A DNA stretch of 64,000 bases, taken from Callorhinchus milii (Eukaryota). The position numbers were made by a program, and so were the translations under genes. Under the pieces are notes generated by a model. It made no database searches. It worked only from the letters and a program-made list of their open reading frames with translations, and had not been told where the DNA came from. Positions 37,232 through 50,896 of the stretch are shown here, in pieces. The stretch is from positions 94,490,001 to 94,554,000 of the forward strand of contig NW_024704743.1 in the NCBI RefSeq assembly GCF_018977255.1, written 5' to 3'. The first letter of the stretch is position 1, and each line of letters begins with the position of its first letter.

Positions 37232-37547
37232 CTGTCCTGTAGTCCTGCTCAGTGGTTAGAGCACTCGTCTTGCAAGTGAGACACCTGGATTCAATTCCTG
37301 GCAGGACGAAACCTTGGGCAAGTTTCCTTACTCCACGCGCCTAATAATAATCCCTCCAAAACAAAACAATAATAAATTGATCATTTTCAAACCACGACTG
37401 TTTGTGGGACACTGCTATGCGCAGTTGGCTGCTGCGTTTCACCCACAAATATACGGTCAATTCACTTTACAGCATATTCTGTGAAGCGCTTTGAGACGTC
37501 TAGAAGACGTGAAAAGCGCTATATCAAATGCAAGGATTATTATTATA
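37232..37547 (+). mobile_element. tRNA-headed SINE, short form
   Basis: Head, body and tail as in 16290-16615. Confidence 0.95.
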
Positions 37548-38107
37548 ACGTGTGGGACTTTGCCGCTTGCAAAATGGCTGCCTCATTTGCCTATGAATAT
37601 CAGTCACTCCAAGTGACAGTAATTCCTCCAAAACACTTTTAAAATTTTTTGAGAAGGTGCTACAAACACGCAAGTTCCATTCTACAAGGTAAATGTTGCT
37701 TTATTGGTTGTGTTGATTCCGAGGAGGCTCTGTTCCTGCAATAGCCATGAACATGTTGCAATAAAACATCTGTTTAAAGTCTGCCTTGTCAGATGCCAGA
37801 TTAATGTTAAAATCCACCCGTTGTTCCAGGTGCTTTGAGAATGCAGGTTATCTACTTAAATTAGCAGCAAAGTGACAAGAGGAATGTTAAAGATATTTTT
37901 AAGAAAAAAATTTAAAACCAAGGTGAAAGGTCCCAGTGCAGGGCACCACCTAATTTGAAAAGATTTGTAAAGAAATAAGGTTAGTCAAGAAGTGGTTATA
38001 ATTGATGATTAAATTCATATTTTTAATTTAGCAGGTTGCATAGGGGAGGGAAGACTGAGGGAGATTAGTACTGTAGTTAAAGTTGGTTAGAGCAGTTTCT
38101 GGTAGAT

Positions 38108-38718
38108 GATAATAATCTTTGCAGTTCATATAGAGCCTTATCATGTCTTCGAGGTGTCTCAAAGCGCTTCACAGTGACCTCCTCACTCCCCAATCTTAAC
38201 CCGTTCGACCAGCACCGGCCTACTGCTCGTCCCTCACACCCTCCTCCCCACCATTGGAGGTCGTGCTTTCAGCCACTATGTCTCAAAACTCTGGAACACT
38301 CTCCCTCAATCCCTCCACCTTGCCCTCTCTCTCCCCTCTTTCAAGTCCCTTGAAAACTTTCCTGCTCGACCCTGCTTATGGCCAGCTCCCATCACCCCCC
38401 ATCCCCCCGGCTCGGAGTCAGGCTCCGCCAGTGTTAAACGACTGAGACGCTACCCTGCGTGAAGGGTGCTATATAAGTGCAAGTTGCTGTTGTTGTTATT
38501 GAATTGACTGTATATTTTGTGGGCGAAACACGGCAGCCAATCGCGCACAGCAGTGTCCCACAAACAGTCATGGATTGAAGTGATCAATTTGTTTTTGCAA
38601 GTATTTATTATCCCCAGAAAAGCAATCTACCAATCAACTAACAACTGGGTTCCTGCTCACTGCTAAGTAAACAGAGGTGTGTGGAGTAAGAAAACTTGCC
38701 CAATATTTCGCCCTGCAG
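38108..38718 (-). mobile_element. Long-form SINE (38108-38175 and 38500-38718) interrupted by a plus-strand L2 3' end (38176-38499)
   Basis: Tail and body pieces colinear with 49215-49580; the insert ends in gtgaagggtgctatataagtgcaagttg. Confidence 0.85.
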
Positions 38719-38759
38719 GGGATATGTTATTGGTTATTATTTTTGTGTGAAAAAAAAGT

Positions 38760-38930
38760 AATTTGGTCACTCAATCCACGACTGTTTGTGGGACATTGCT
38801 GTGTGCAATTGGCTGCTGCGTTTTGCCCACAAAACATAGTCAATTCACTTTACAGTATATTCTGTGAAGCACTTTGGGACGTCTCAAAGACGTGATAAGG
38901 TGATATATCAAATGCAAGGATTATTATTAT
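38760..38930 (+). mobile_element. SINE 3' half
   Basis: tgtttgtgggacattgctgtg..tail..(TTA)n. Confidence 0.88.
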
Positions 38931-40957
38931 TGTAGAAATTTACAACACAGAAGAAGGCTATTCGGCCTATTTTGTCTGTGTTGGCTGTTTTAGAAGCAAT
39001 CCTTTCAGTCCCATTTACCTACCCTTTCCCCATACCACTATTTACTATTCTGTAAACAAAGAAGCACAGGAGAAACGTTTGCAATTCTAAGATAATTCTT
39101 TGCGCTGATTTATAAAATTACATAGAAATCTCCTCTCCTCCCTGATATACTTTTATATCCCTTTTCTCTCTGCTCAGACCAATAGCTAAATTTGATTGAT
39201 TCAATACCTGTGAGTTGGCATCCGAGGGGGGAGGGGGTGGGGTATAGTACCAGGATGAGCTCGATACTCATTCATGTTCGAGTCAGCAGCCAGGAGCAAC
39301 CAGATGCCGATCTGTGTGATTTGTGGTGGAGCCCCTGCTGATGGGGTTTGTTGCTAGCATTAGCAGAGCAAACTCCTAACTGAGTCTGAGGACCCTAAAT
39401 GGCAAAAATTCTAAGAAAAGTAAAAACAAGGTTAAGATGCAATCTCCACTGCCAGCTACAAGATTTTTTTAATGATTTTTTTCATGTTACCTGGTGTGGG
39501 ACCACACACACACACAAACTTATCTTCTTCAAGTGCAGTAATAATTAACCTTGAGGCAGTTTTATTGATCTGCTAATACTGTATGATATTTATCTTGTAA
39601 CCTAGTAACAGTATTTTATTCCTTCCCTGCTTTTATGTCTCTGCTATCGCTGTACTAAACTACTGGCAGGTGCATAAATATGGTCTATGGTGACTGTCAT
39701 TTCCTTTTCTCTCAGCATGGAAGCATCTGGTCCTCACTTATAGCCTGAAGTATGAAGTACTCTGTGCGCACAGTTGTTTTCATCCAAGCAGGTATCTTCA
39801 ACTTCTCAACATTACCGAACATTACTCTCTTGTGTCCATTTGATACAAAACAAGATATTTCACTAAAACAACTCTAATTGACTTCATGCATGTTGGCTCC
39901 GCTCTTATTTAAAAATTGTCCTATAATTTTTCTCCAACTACATTCCAAAGTGGTTACCTTTGAATTCCTCACCACTCCTCTGTTCTTAACAAAATATCCA
40001 TTGTCCTTCCTTTATTCAATTACAGATCAAGACAAAAGGAGTTGGACCACAAATAAAGATAATTTCTTCTCCAATTATGATTTCTGAAGGCTATGTATGC
40101 CTCAACTCCCTCCAGGTGTCACCCTGATTCAGTTGGTAGCCTCTGATCTAGGCTCTGAATCGAAAGGTTATACGTTCAAAGCCCTTTAAGATCCTAGTCT
40201 AGACCTGCTGGGGCGGGGAGGGGGGTGGGGGGGTGGTGGTTGTCGTAGGCGTGAATAACCTATTTCTGTTCTGTATCATTCCATGCAAAATCCCCCATCC
40301 TTAATTTGTATACCCATTGCTCCCAATTCATGTGGATTCATTTAAGATTAAAGTATATCCATATCTCGTGAAGTAACACTTAGAATACTCTGCTCCGTGA
40401 CTGGCATACTCCCTTCATGGTTTTATGGTGTAAAAGGAATGTATGGACTATCATATTAAACAAAACTCCCACAATACAAATCTTATAACATTGTTATTGT
40501 GTTCTCCATCATTTCTTATTATAGTGGCAATTTTAAGAAAGTACTTTGCAAGTGGAATTAAGTAGCATATTTTATGCAGCTGCCTCGAGCTAAGTGATTG
40601 CTATGATATTTCATTAATACTAAATATTAAGAAACATTATAAAAATGAGAAACCCCATTTTCAAAATGTAAAAACAGATCTTACGTGACCCCAACTGACA
40701 AAAGGCAATCGGGAAAATTCTGGGTAAAAATATTCCATTTTACTTAATGTACCATTGGTAATGGTGGTGCAGAGAGTGACTGATGATTCCAAAGTAACTT
40801 AATTTGACACACAATAATGAATGCCCTAAAATAATTCATCTAGTCAAATCTTAAATGCCCCAACAGAGCTTCACTCAACCAGGAGCCCTCCAGCTAATTA
40901 ATACCAATTAATACTGAATTATAATTTGATGGTACACAAACAATTCTTGTATTTTAT

Positions 40958-41190
40958 ATTGCACCTTTTCATATCAAACAACTTATGTCAAGATACTTTG
41001 AAGTGTGTGACTGGTGGTATGAAGGTAAACATTTCAGCTAATCTGCACCAGCAACATGTCCTATACACAGCAATGAGATAAATGACCAGATAATCTGGTG
41101 ATTTGGGATGAGGCTAAACATTAGATGAGATGGCAGGAAAACTCCATGCTTTTCTTCAAAATAGTGCCATGGTCATCTCAACTACCAGAG
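40958..41190 (-). mobile_element. Deu-domain SINE 3' half, degenerate
   Basis: Reverse complement of the Deu-SINE tail and of the ccatggcactattttgaa motif. Confidence 0.6.
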
Positions 41191-41226
41191 CAGACTTACC
41201 TCAACACCTTGTACAAAGGAAGGTTG

Positions 41227-42230
41227 GCAACAACAACAGCAAAATTATATTTGTATAGCACCTTTCACATCGGGAGGACGTCCCAAGATGCTGGACAATC
41301 AGTGCTTCGGACCCGAGCTGGGGGTCAGGATTGGGGAGGGTAGAAGACAGGGCTGGAAGGAGGGTGATCGAAGGCACAATCGAAGAGGAGGGTCTTGAGA
41401 TGGGTCTTGAAGGAGACAAGGGAAGAGGTGAGGCAGCGGGACTGCAGGATGGAGTTCCAGAGTGTGGGGGCAGAGTGGCTGAACGTCCACCCCCCAATGG
41501 TGGGGCAAACAAAGAGAGTTACATGAAGCAGGCTGTAGCCTGCTGAGCAGACATAGCGGGCAGGTTGGTAGGGTGTTAGAAGGTCGCAAGGATAGGGGGG
41601 AGCAAGGCCATGGAGGGCTATAAAGGTGAGGACCAGGATCTTGAACTGTACCCTCTGTGTGATGGGAAGCAGGTGGAGTAGGGCAAGGATGGGGGTGATA
41701 GGATCACGAAGCCTGTTGTGGGAGAGGACATGGGCTGCAGAGTTCTGGATGATCTGCAGCTTGTTGAGGGAGGAGTTGGGGAGGCTGACAAGCAGGGAGT
41801 TTGCATAGTCAAGCCTCGATGTTATGAATGCGTGTATGAGGGTTTCGGCGGCCTGTGGTGTGAGACACTGGAAGAGCCGGATGATGTTGTGGAGGAGGGG
41901 GAAAGCAGAGCGGTTTATGGCATGGATAGGTGTGGGGTAGAAAGGATAGTTGAGGGTCAAACAAGATACCCAGGTTCCAGACTGGCTCAGTGAGGTTGAG
42001 TTTGCATTCTTGGATGGTGATGTTGTCAGTGCTTGTGGAGGCACTGTTGGGAACCAATCAGGAGAGCCTCGATCTTGTTGTCATTCAACTGAAGAAAGTT
42101 AGCTCTCATCCAGGACTTGATGATCTGGTCCTGTAGTTGACGGTGGAGGCAGAGAGATAGAGTTGGGTGTCAACCGTACACATATGGAAGTTGCAGGTGA
42201 TGTCACCAAGAGGGAGCACATAGATATTGG
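41227..42230 (-). mobile_element. L2 3' fragment
   Basis: [40 protein letters not shown]; tail. Confidence 0.95.
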
Positions 42231-44369
42231 CTTGTGAAGGTACAAGCAGTATCCTTTCGTTATTGCACTATAGCGTCAGCCTGCATTATGGGATCAACCT
42301 TCTATCTCAAAGGCAATAATGCTATGAACGGAAACTACTGGTAAATATTACTTTCTCTCTCTCTCCCTCACAGCCAGTTTGCAACAATGGATATTTGCTG
42401 TAAATTTGATTAATCCCCTCCAAAAAATCATCATTGGAAAATCTCGTTATCGGTAGCTCTTTGAGATACGTAGGTAGTTAAAAACATTGAATAGCTTTAA
42501 CGTCCTCCTGTCCTTGGGAAGTTCTTCCATGTTGTTATTGCAAAGTCCTTTGCCTTATCTTTCAGTTCCGTGTTTTTGACCGTTTCTGTGAATAGCCTTG
42601 ATGACATTGGAGGGGTTAAAGTGGAAAACAGAGTTAGCAGAGGAAAGTGGGGAAGGTGGTTCAAAGCACAACTTAACACAGAATGAATAAATCACTGCTG
42701 AGCTGCCATAAATAAACTAAGGAGGTGGAGGGGAATGTCTGCATGAGCAGTTTAGTCAAATATAAAAATGTGATCAACAACCTTCCTGGATTTGATCCTC
42801 ATGGTACCTTTTATTTGAGGTGTAAGGTTGTATTTGGAATGGGGAAAACAAATGGTTTGTTTGAAGTGGCTTTTTAGAAAAGTATATATACACGAATATG
42901 TAAGGTTTTGTTTTTAGAATGGAACAATGGAAAAGAAAATTCAATTCACTGAAGGAAAGGAGAGTCCTGTGCTGGTGAAGGACATGGTGGCTGTCTGTGT
43001 GCATTGTGAGGGGCTGTCCACAAAGAGTGCTGCCCTGCTTCAGCCTCTCAGCTTTGAGACATTCCATTACATTCACTGGGTGGACTGTATCTGTGCAATA
43101 CTGAATTAACAGCTGCGGTCTGCACGCATGAGCTGTTGTTGCGGCTTCATTCTGCATTCCAACCTGATACAGTGATGAGAGGACACGTTGTCCGCTCTGA
43201 TAGGCACTGTACAAGCCTCAAGTCACAATCCCTCAGCTATTCACTCCTCTCAACACCTTTCAGAATATTACCGGATTAAAGTGACAATACAAGGGATATT
43301 TTTATTTATATAAAGATTTGTATTTCAGGCACAGTTTGCATTTCACATCCTAATACGTTGCACTTACCTGACTGTACAGCACCTTGGGACGTCCTCCTGA
43401 CGTGAAAGGCGCTATACAAATGTAATTTGTTGTTTTATATTTATCGTTTCAGCTCCCCAGTTGACAGCAGCACAGCCTTTGGTAGGGGCTGGTGCGTGTC
43501 TGAAGAGGTGGCTAAGCTTTCAGCATTGGTGCTGGGGGAGGCAGGCTGCTGCCCACCATATTGTGTTGCCTGCCTGAGGCTTGCCTCAGCACTCAGCCAG
43601 CGGGCAAAAGCTCACATTGCACGGTTCTCTGCTGAGCACAGGGAAAACTGCAATGTGAGGCTATCTTAGCCTCACACTCCACCCCCACCCGACTGGTTAT
43701 AATCATATAATCACTGCATTCAAAAAGTTTTTTTTAAATGCACAAAAGTGAAATGGTCTGAGTTTGTGACGTGAGCAGACGTGATTCCCCTGGTGTGGTT
43801 TTGGTCATTTGCTTTTGAATTGCTGTTAATGGATACACGGATGGGTTCACATTCCATCTGATAACAGGGCATGTTTAGGAGGGTCCACTGAAACAAAAAT
43901 GTCAAAGGTCAAAGGTTCAGTATCCTGCTTTCAAACCCTCTCTAAAAAAAAGGATGGTACTGGGCAATTATACCCTCCCCTCCCAACACATATACACAGT
44001 CACTACACTTCAAAGTAAATCATGTAAACATCTACCCAACATGAAAGGTGCTATATCAAATGCAAGGCTTATTATTTTTATTATTACAATCGATTAAACG
44101 CATGAATGACTCCATTTAAAGTATGGTGTGTTGCTGGACTCAGCATCAACACCATGGACTCCTTATCCATGATCCCACAAAATACACAGTGAATCCACTT
44201 TACAGTATATTCTGTGAAGTGCTTTGAGACATCTGAACCACAGGATATGATACTATATCAAATACAAGGATTACTATTATACAGTGGAATCTGCTTTAGC
44301 CAGACTCTGGTTAATCCCAGAACAAAACTCCTGGCAGCAACAGCAGTTGGGCTGTCTATCAGTGAAGGG

Positions 44370-44845
44370 GCAACATTCTTGCAGCTGAATGTCAGCAAGA
44401 TGGAAGCCATACTCCTTGGCTCCCATCAACATCTTCTCTCCTCAACCTCCCCAGAATCTCCCTCAGACTCTCCGAACCTGTACACAACTTAGGCGTCAGG
44501 TTCGATCACCAGCTTTCCTTTCAACCCCACATCCATTCCCTGATCTGGACCGCTTTTTTCCTCCTCGTCACATTGCCCGTCTCCATCCGTACCTCACAAC
44601 CGACGCGGCTGAAACCCTCGTCCGCGCCTTCTTCATTTTCCGCCTGGACTCTTCCATTGCTCTCCTCTCTGGTCTCCCCAGCTCCACCATACACAAACTA
44701 ATTAAAAACTCCACTGCACGGATACTCACTGACACTAATCTTCGCACCCCCATCGCACCAGTCCTGTCCTTACCAGGCTCCATTGGCTCCCAATCACCGA
44801 ACAGATTGAATTCAAGATCCTTACTCACTCGTTTTCGTATCACTT
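44370..44845 (+). mobile_element. L2 internal fragment
   Basis: FLQLNVSKMEAILLG and AAETLVRAFFIFRLD motifs. Confidence 0.85.
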
Positions 44846-45126
44846 AGTGCAGTGCCTGTGTATTTAGAATCCCCCCTAAACTTCACTGAATGGCTTTTTT
44901 TCCCATTTGGTGTTGTATCCCGTTGTGTCATTATTGTTGCTCTGTCTCAGCTTGTTGGTGATGTTGGAATTTTGCTAACATTGATGGCCCATCTGTAGTT
45001 ACACTGAAAATGTGGTGATTAGTCTTCTCTTTAAACCACCACAGTCTTTGTGGAAATGGTGCTCCCACAGTGTTGATCAGAAGGTAGTTCCTGGATATTG
45101 ACTCAGCCATGATGAAGTATAGTCCT

Positions 45127-45445
45127 GTGGAGTCCTGTAGCTCAGTGGTTAGAGCACTTGCCTTGCAAGCGAGACACCAGGGTTCAATTCCAGGCAGGAC
45201 AAATCCTTGGGCAAGTTTCCTTACTCCACATGCCTAATAATAATTCCTACAAAAACAAAAACAATAATAAATTGGTGACTTCAATCCACGACTGTTTGTG
45301 GGACACTGCGTGCAATTGGCTGCGCATTTCTCCCTCAAATATACAGTCAATTCACTTTACAGCATATTCTGTGAAGCGCTTTGAGACGTCGAGAAGATGT
45401 GAAAAGCGCTATATCAAATGCACGGATTATTTTTATCATTATTAT
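45127..45445 (+). mobile_element. tRNA-headed SINE, short form
   Basis: Head, body and tail as in 16290-16615. Confidence 0.95.
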
Positions 45446-45554
45446 AGTCATGTCCTATCCTGGCCAAGTGAGCAGCCACCTGCCCCCTTTGGTGCTCCGT
45501 GACTGGATGCTGGAGAAGTGCACAAGTGTGTGAAAGTAGCTTTCTCCAACCTAT

Positions 45555-45930
45555 GACAACAACAACAACAAAATTATATTTGTATAGCTACAAAAACAAC
45601 CACAACTTGCATTTATATTGAACCCCTCACACCAGTAGCGTCCCAAAGTGCTTGACAATGGTGGAGCAGGATGTCGAGCTGGGGGGAGGGAGTAGGTGAC
45701 CGTAGGCACGGTCGAAGAGGGAAGTCTTTAGGCAAAACCCGAAGATGGGGATAGAAGGGGCATGTCGGGGGAATCCAGGAAGAGTGTTCCAGAAGGTCGG
45801 AGACAGTGGAGCCCTGGCTGGAACTGGTGTGATGGGGATATGGAATGTAGTACGGGTGAGTATGCGGCCGGCGGAGTTTGGGATCAGCTGAATTTTGTGG
45901 ATGGTGGCGCTGCGAGAAGGGCAACCTTGT
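45555..45930 (-). mobile_element. L2 3' fragment with internal deletion
   Basis: TIHKIQLIPNSAGRILTRT..PITPV joined to WNTLP..LKTSLF; (TTG)n tails. Confidence 0.82.
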
Positions 45931-47334
45931 TGGACGATTTCATTTATCACCACCTTCTGGCACAATGGAGGCATTGTTCACCATGGCCAAGTGTTTGCTG
46001 GCCTATTCTATATCAATTCCACTGGACTTCTTTTGTTGGATATTCATATATTTGCCATTGTATAAAACAAACACACTTCACAAGCTTATAGTCAAGAATT
46101 CTGGATATTGACTCAGCCATGATGAAGTATAGTCCTGTGTTGCTATGTTACTGCTTGTTGTTTAGATTAATAAAATATGATGGACAAACTCTAAAATAAA
46201 TGCAACTTTTCTTGTCGGTAAATAAATTAATCCGTTAACGTGTTAAAAATCTAAATTTCTGGACCTTTTGACACTCAGCTGAAATAGGTTGTCTTCTCCA
46301 GGGCTAATATAACAATTATCTGTGGGCTCATGGATACATAATGTCCAAATTATAAAATTAAAAAGTAAATTTACTGGGTAAACTGGGAAACTGAAGGAGG
46401 CAAAACAATGCTCTTGCATAGTAAGGTCTACAACTAATCTTTATTTTTTTTCTTTCACGCCATGATTGACAGCTGTGGATTTGAGTCATTTCTGCCATCA
46501 AATAGGACTTGCATTTAATTTATATCCCTGTGACAAATATTGATGTCCTTTAAATTCCCCCATGCCTCAACATGTTGCTCTTTCCATATCAAAACGTGAC
46601 ACAAACTGGATCAAGCATCTCTCTTTGAATACAATGTGGGCTTTTCATGGGTGTATGAAAAATATTATTTGTATATTTGAATCAACAATCTCTCTTCAGG
46701 CTGGGAGTAGACAGCTCACACTTATCTAGCATAATTAGCATGAGGTCAGCAAGCTCAATGATTCAACATTACACATATTCGGGGTTAATGTTATTGCAGA
46801 GGAAAAAAGTATGAAATTACAGTTGCATTGAAGCTGAAGCACCACCCTTTCCATGCAGTAACTTTCATAAAAAAACAAATTATTTGTACATTTTTTGTAT
46901 TCTGGCTTCATCACACTGTTTCAATTTTCATATAAGGTTTACTCAACCTTCAAAGAAAACCACACTTAAAACACCAACTAGAGCAGTTATTAGAGGCTAG
47001 TTTTGATCGGAATAGAAAGAACAGCTTTTCTGGATGAAATAACCTCACACTTTATGTGTGGTTTTAGTCATAACTGAAGTAGGTTTAATTATCAGTTCTC
47101 AGATGTTCCCTGTTTTTGCCATGTCTGTGAATTATAACATCTCACATGAGTGGAGTGTTCACTTTGGTCACTAATAATGCATTATGCAGTAGAGACAGAA
47201 GAGTAGAAGAAAAATGAGACAGTATGTATTACAAGGAATATATAAACCAAGAACAAATTATGTTGTCTTGAATGAGCGATATACAAAAGGTCCAGAGACT
47301 TCCTTCTCTACAGATGCTGTTTGTTTCCATTAAA

Positions 47335-47352
47335 TTTGCCCTCTTGTGGTTG
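47335..47352 (-). promoter_or_regulatory. CTCF-like motif
   Basis: Minus strand CAACCACAAGAGGGCAAA. Confidence 0.35.
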
Positions 47353-48139
47353 TGTGATCCTAGAGGTTGAATGCAATCTTTTTTTCTGTTGTCTTCTTTA
47401 CATCATCAAACTCTTTCCTGACACCAGGAGATTGTGGTTTGTTTGCACCAGGTGATTGAGTTCAGGTGCTCAATCATCTCCTCCGATGTCCTGTGCTTGG
47501 TCATGAGATGTAGGTGGAAGGAATTGGAACTTCCCCTAATACTGGTAACTTCCACTGAGTATTTTGTCCATATTTAGATCCACCTTCTATCTTTCCCACC
47601 TCTCTGCTTGATTACTTTCTCCAGATAACATTTCCTTGTTCAAAGCAGCAGAGTAACCATCAGTTTCCTTGTTGTATTTGAATATCTCTGTCTCTATGTA
47701 TTCCTAGCCTGATGTGTATTATAAAAATAGTATGTTGACATAGCATTAATTGCTTTTGTTGGAAATCTGTTCCACACATTGACCACACAACAGTAAGGAA
47801 ACTTCATCTCCAGTTTCAAATGAGGCTTGCTAATTTTGTATTCCTCTTCTCCAGTTCAAATTTATAGCCTCCTTGCATCTATCTCTCTCAGCTTGAAAAC
47901 CTTGACCATCAATCCTGCTTTCTCGAATGAGTTCAGCTTTACAAGACTCCCTTTATAACCTATAGCCTGAAACCCCATTATAAAATCACACGATCGAAGA
48001 ACTAGATTTATGGGTTAGTGAGATAGGATGTTCTCATCTGACAAGATCTGTAAATGTACTAATTTTCAGTGAATCACCCTTTGGATTTGTTTCAAAAATT
48101 AAGTATGTTGGAAATGCTCTTTGACTTGGCAAACTCGGT

Positions 48140-48390
48140 CTTGCTGTGCTGTGCCACTATTGGTGGCCAAGCTTTCAGATTCCAACTCCTAATCACTGGA
48201 ACTCCCTCCTCCTGCCACTTCAGCTTGCCTTTCTGTACCTCTTTTTACATCTCACCTTAAAACCTACCTCTTCAACTGAAACTGTGACCAACTATCCTTC
48301 CCCCTCTTCCTTGCACAGAATTCGACTCCATCTTTGTACAGTGCTCCGAGACATTAAGTGAAGGGAGTCGCAATTATTATTGTTGTTGAC
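48140..48390 (+). mobile_element. Old L2 3' end
   Basis: TIGGQAF..WNSL coding and a degenerate tail. Confidence 0.7.
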
Positions 48391-48674
48391 TGATTTTTAA
48401 ACTAATGATTAAGTTAATATATCAAATAAATTAGGGACAAATATTTGAATTGTTGCTAATTTTAGCTTTCTATTACCCCAAGCCAGAATATTTCAGTCCT
48501 GCATTGAGAGAACTTTGATATTGCTATAATGCATCTTCACATATTCCGATTAAGTTTAACCTGTGATAACATGAATTAAGAACATCAATTCAGACAATTA
48601 ATAAGTACTGTTAAGGTCTTGATGACTGGCATATTCCATTGTTTTTTAAAAAGCGTATAATACCAACTAATAAC

Positions 48675-49095
48675 TTAGAAATATAGCAACACAGAAATCT
48701 ATAGCGCAGAAGGAGGCCATTCGGCCCATCAAACCTGCACCAACTAACTCATAGAGCAAGGATATCGGTTGTATCCACCATTCCACCTTACCCCCATACC
48801 CTTTCAAGCCCCTTTCTTTCATTTGTCTATCCAGTTCCATCTTGAAAGCTTCAACGGACTACTTCTTCACCACCCTACTGAGCAGAGTGTACCACATCCC
48901 AACTATTTTCTGGGTGAAAACAATCTTCCTGAGCTCCCCTTTTACTCTTGTTGTGATTATCTTATAATTATGTCCCCGAGTTACTAACTCCCCTATCAAT
49001 GGAGATAACTTATCTTCACTTACCTAATAAAACCCCTCATGACTTTATACACCTCAATCAGATCTCTCTCATCCTTCTCTGCTCCAAGGAAAGCA
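48675..49095 (-). mobile_element. CR1 3' fragment
   Basis: gaaggaggccattcggcccatc tail and tctctgctccaagga (FSLEQR) as in 53273-54120. Confidence 0.8.
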
Positions 49096-49214
49096 TCCTC
49101 GGAACAAGCACACTGGACCTCGGATTAATGTCTCATCTAAAGAGCATCACAATCCCAACCCTATATTGGAGTGTAACCTGGACTGTGAGTTCAAGGTTCC
49201 AATATGAGGTTATA

Positions 49215-49580
49215 ATAATAATAATCCTTCCAGTTGATATAGCGTCTTATCACGTTTTTGAGATGTCCCAAGGCACTTCACAGAATATACTGTAAAGTGA
49301 ATTGACTGTATATTTTGTGGGCGAAACGTGGCAGCCAATTGCGCACAGCAGTGTCCCACAACAGTTGTAGATTGAATGACCAATTTGTTTTTTTAAGGAA
49401 TTATTACCCCCGGAAAAAGGATTCGCCAATCGACTAACAATCAGTTCCTACTTACTGCTAGATAAACAGAGGATTGTGGAGCAAGGAAACTTGCTCAACA
49501 TTTCGCCCTGCTGGGAATCGAATCCAGGTCTCTCGCTTGTGAGGTAAGTGCTCTAACCACTGAGTCACAGGACTCCACAT
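49215..49580 (-). mobile_element. tRNA-headed SINE, long form, full length
   Basis: Same head and tail as the short form plus an extra ~55-nt segment ctctgtttatctagcagtaagtaggaactgattgttagtcgattggcg. Confidence 0.93.
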
Positions 49581-49679
49581 TACAACATAGATTGCATGCT
49601 GCTTGCAGGTATACACTTAAATTAAGTATATACTGCAAAATATTTTGGTAGATATCCATGTTTGATGACTGACAAGGTG

Positions 49680-50712
49680 TCTCACAAATGCCCTCTCATC
49701 CTCGGACCTTCTCTCCCTCTGGCCTTCCACCTGCAGTGATCCAAATGCAGCCGTCAAGCTGCTAAACGATCACCTCTGCTCAACCTTCAATTCGCTTGTC
49801 CCCTGAAAGTCAGGTCTGTTTCCAAGCCTACTCGCTCCCCCTGGTACAATAGTCACCTCCGCTCCCTCAAATCCCAAACCCAGTGCTCGCACACAGGTGG
49901 CACAAAACCGGCCTCGCGGTTCACAGCCAACTGTGGCTTGAGCATCTTCAACATACCACCGCTCCCTCTCTCAAGCCAAAACTTCTTTCTACTCACAGGT
50001 CATTCTCAAGGCCTAAAACAACCCCAAAATTCTGTTTTCCACTACCCATCACCTCCTCCACATCCCCTCTAAGCACCCTTGATCCTCACTTCTGATACAA
50101 AGAACAAAGAGGCCATTGAATCATCTCTAAGATAGATAAAATCTGCCCAGCTGCCTCCTCCTCCCTCCACCCCAACCCCCCACCATGTTGCCTACCACCC
50201 TTACCATGCCTCCTTCATTACTCTCTCCTCCTACCATGGTCCCCACCCTACACTACTTTGCCCCCATCTCTCCCTCCTCCCTTTCCTCCACCATCTCCCA
50301 GTTGAAGCCCACCAACTGATGCCTCGACCACCTCCCCACCCAGCTACTCAACTCCCCCTCCTCTGCCCACTGCTGGTTGACAAAATCAACCAGTCCCTCT
50401 CCTCAGGCTCTGTCCCACTCTCTCTCAAAACTGTTGTCATCAGCCCTCTCCTTAAAAAACCTACCCTCAATCTTCACAAACTTCAGACCCATCTCAAACC
50501 TGCCCTTCCTGGCCAAAGTTTTGGAACACGTTATTGAAAATCAACTTTGCTCACACCTCTCCCTCCATTCCCAATTCAAACCCAGTGTTGGCACTGCACT
50601 GCCCACAGTACAGAGGCAGTGCTCGTCGAAATAACAAACAACATCCTTACTCTCTGTGTGATCAGGGCTATATACCACGTGAAGGGTGCTATATAAATGC
50701 AAGTTGTTGTTG
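49680..50712 (+). mobile_element. L2 fragment (pre-RT region joined to 3' tail)
   Basis: SPWYNSHLRSLK, LKTVVISPLLKKP, FRPISNLPFLAKVLE, then a jump to the tail at ~50670. Confidence 0.88.
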
Positions 50713-50896
50713 TGTGGGATGTTCTTTGGTAGGTCAGGGGTCTTGGTTCACTGCAGCGAAGCACTGTCTAGTCATTTCATAGTGTTAAACATCATAATAC
50801 CTAGGTTTCTTTCCTAATTTCTGTGATGTATGATTGTTCCATGTACAACATATTCTTTTTTCCCCTTCCTTGCTCCAATACAAATTATTTTATATT

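Noticed and set aside
42774..43214. 146-aa minus ORF in unique sequence
   Set aside because: No recognisable motif or convincing splice boundaries; more likely non-coding.
44140..44165. REST/NRSE-like motif (tcaacaccatggactcc)
   Set aside because: The right half-site deviates strongly from GGACAGCGCC.
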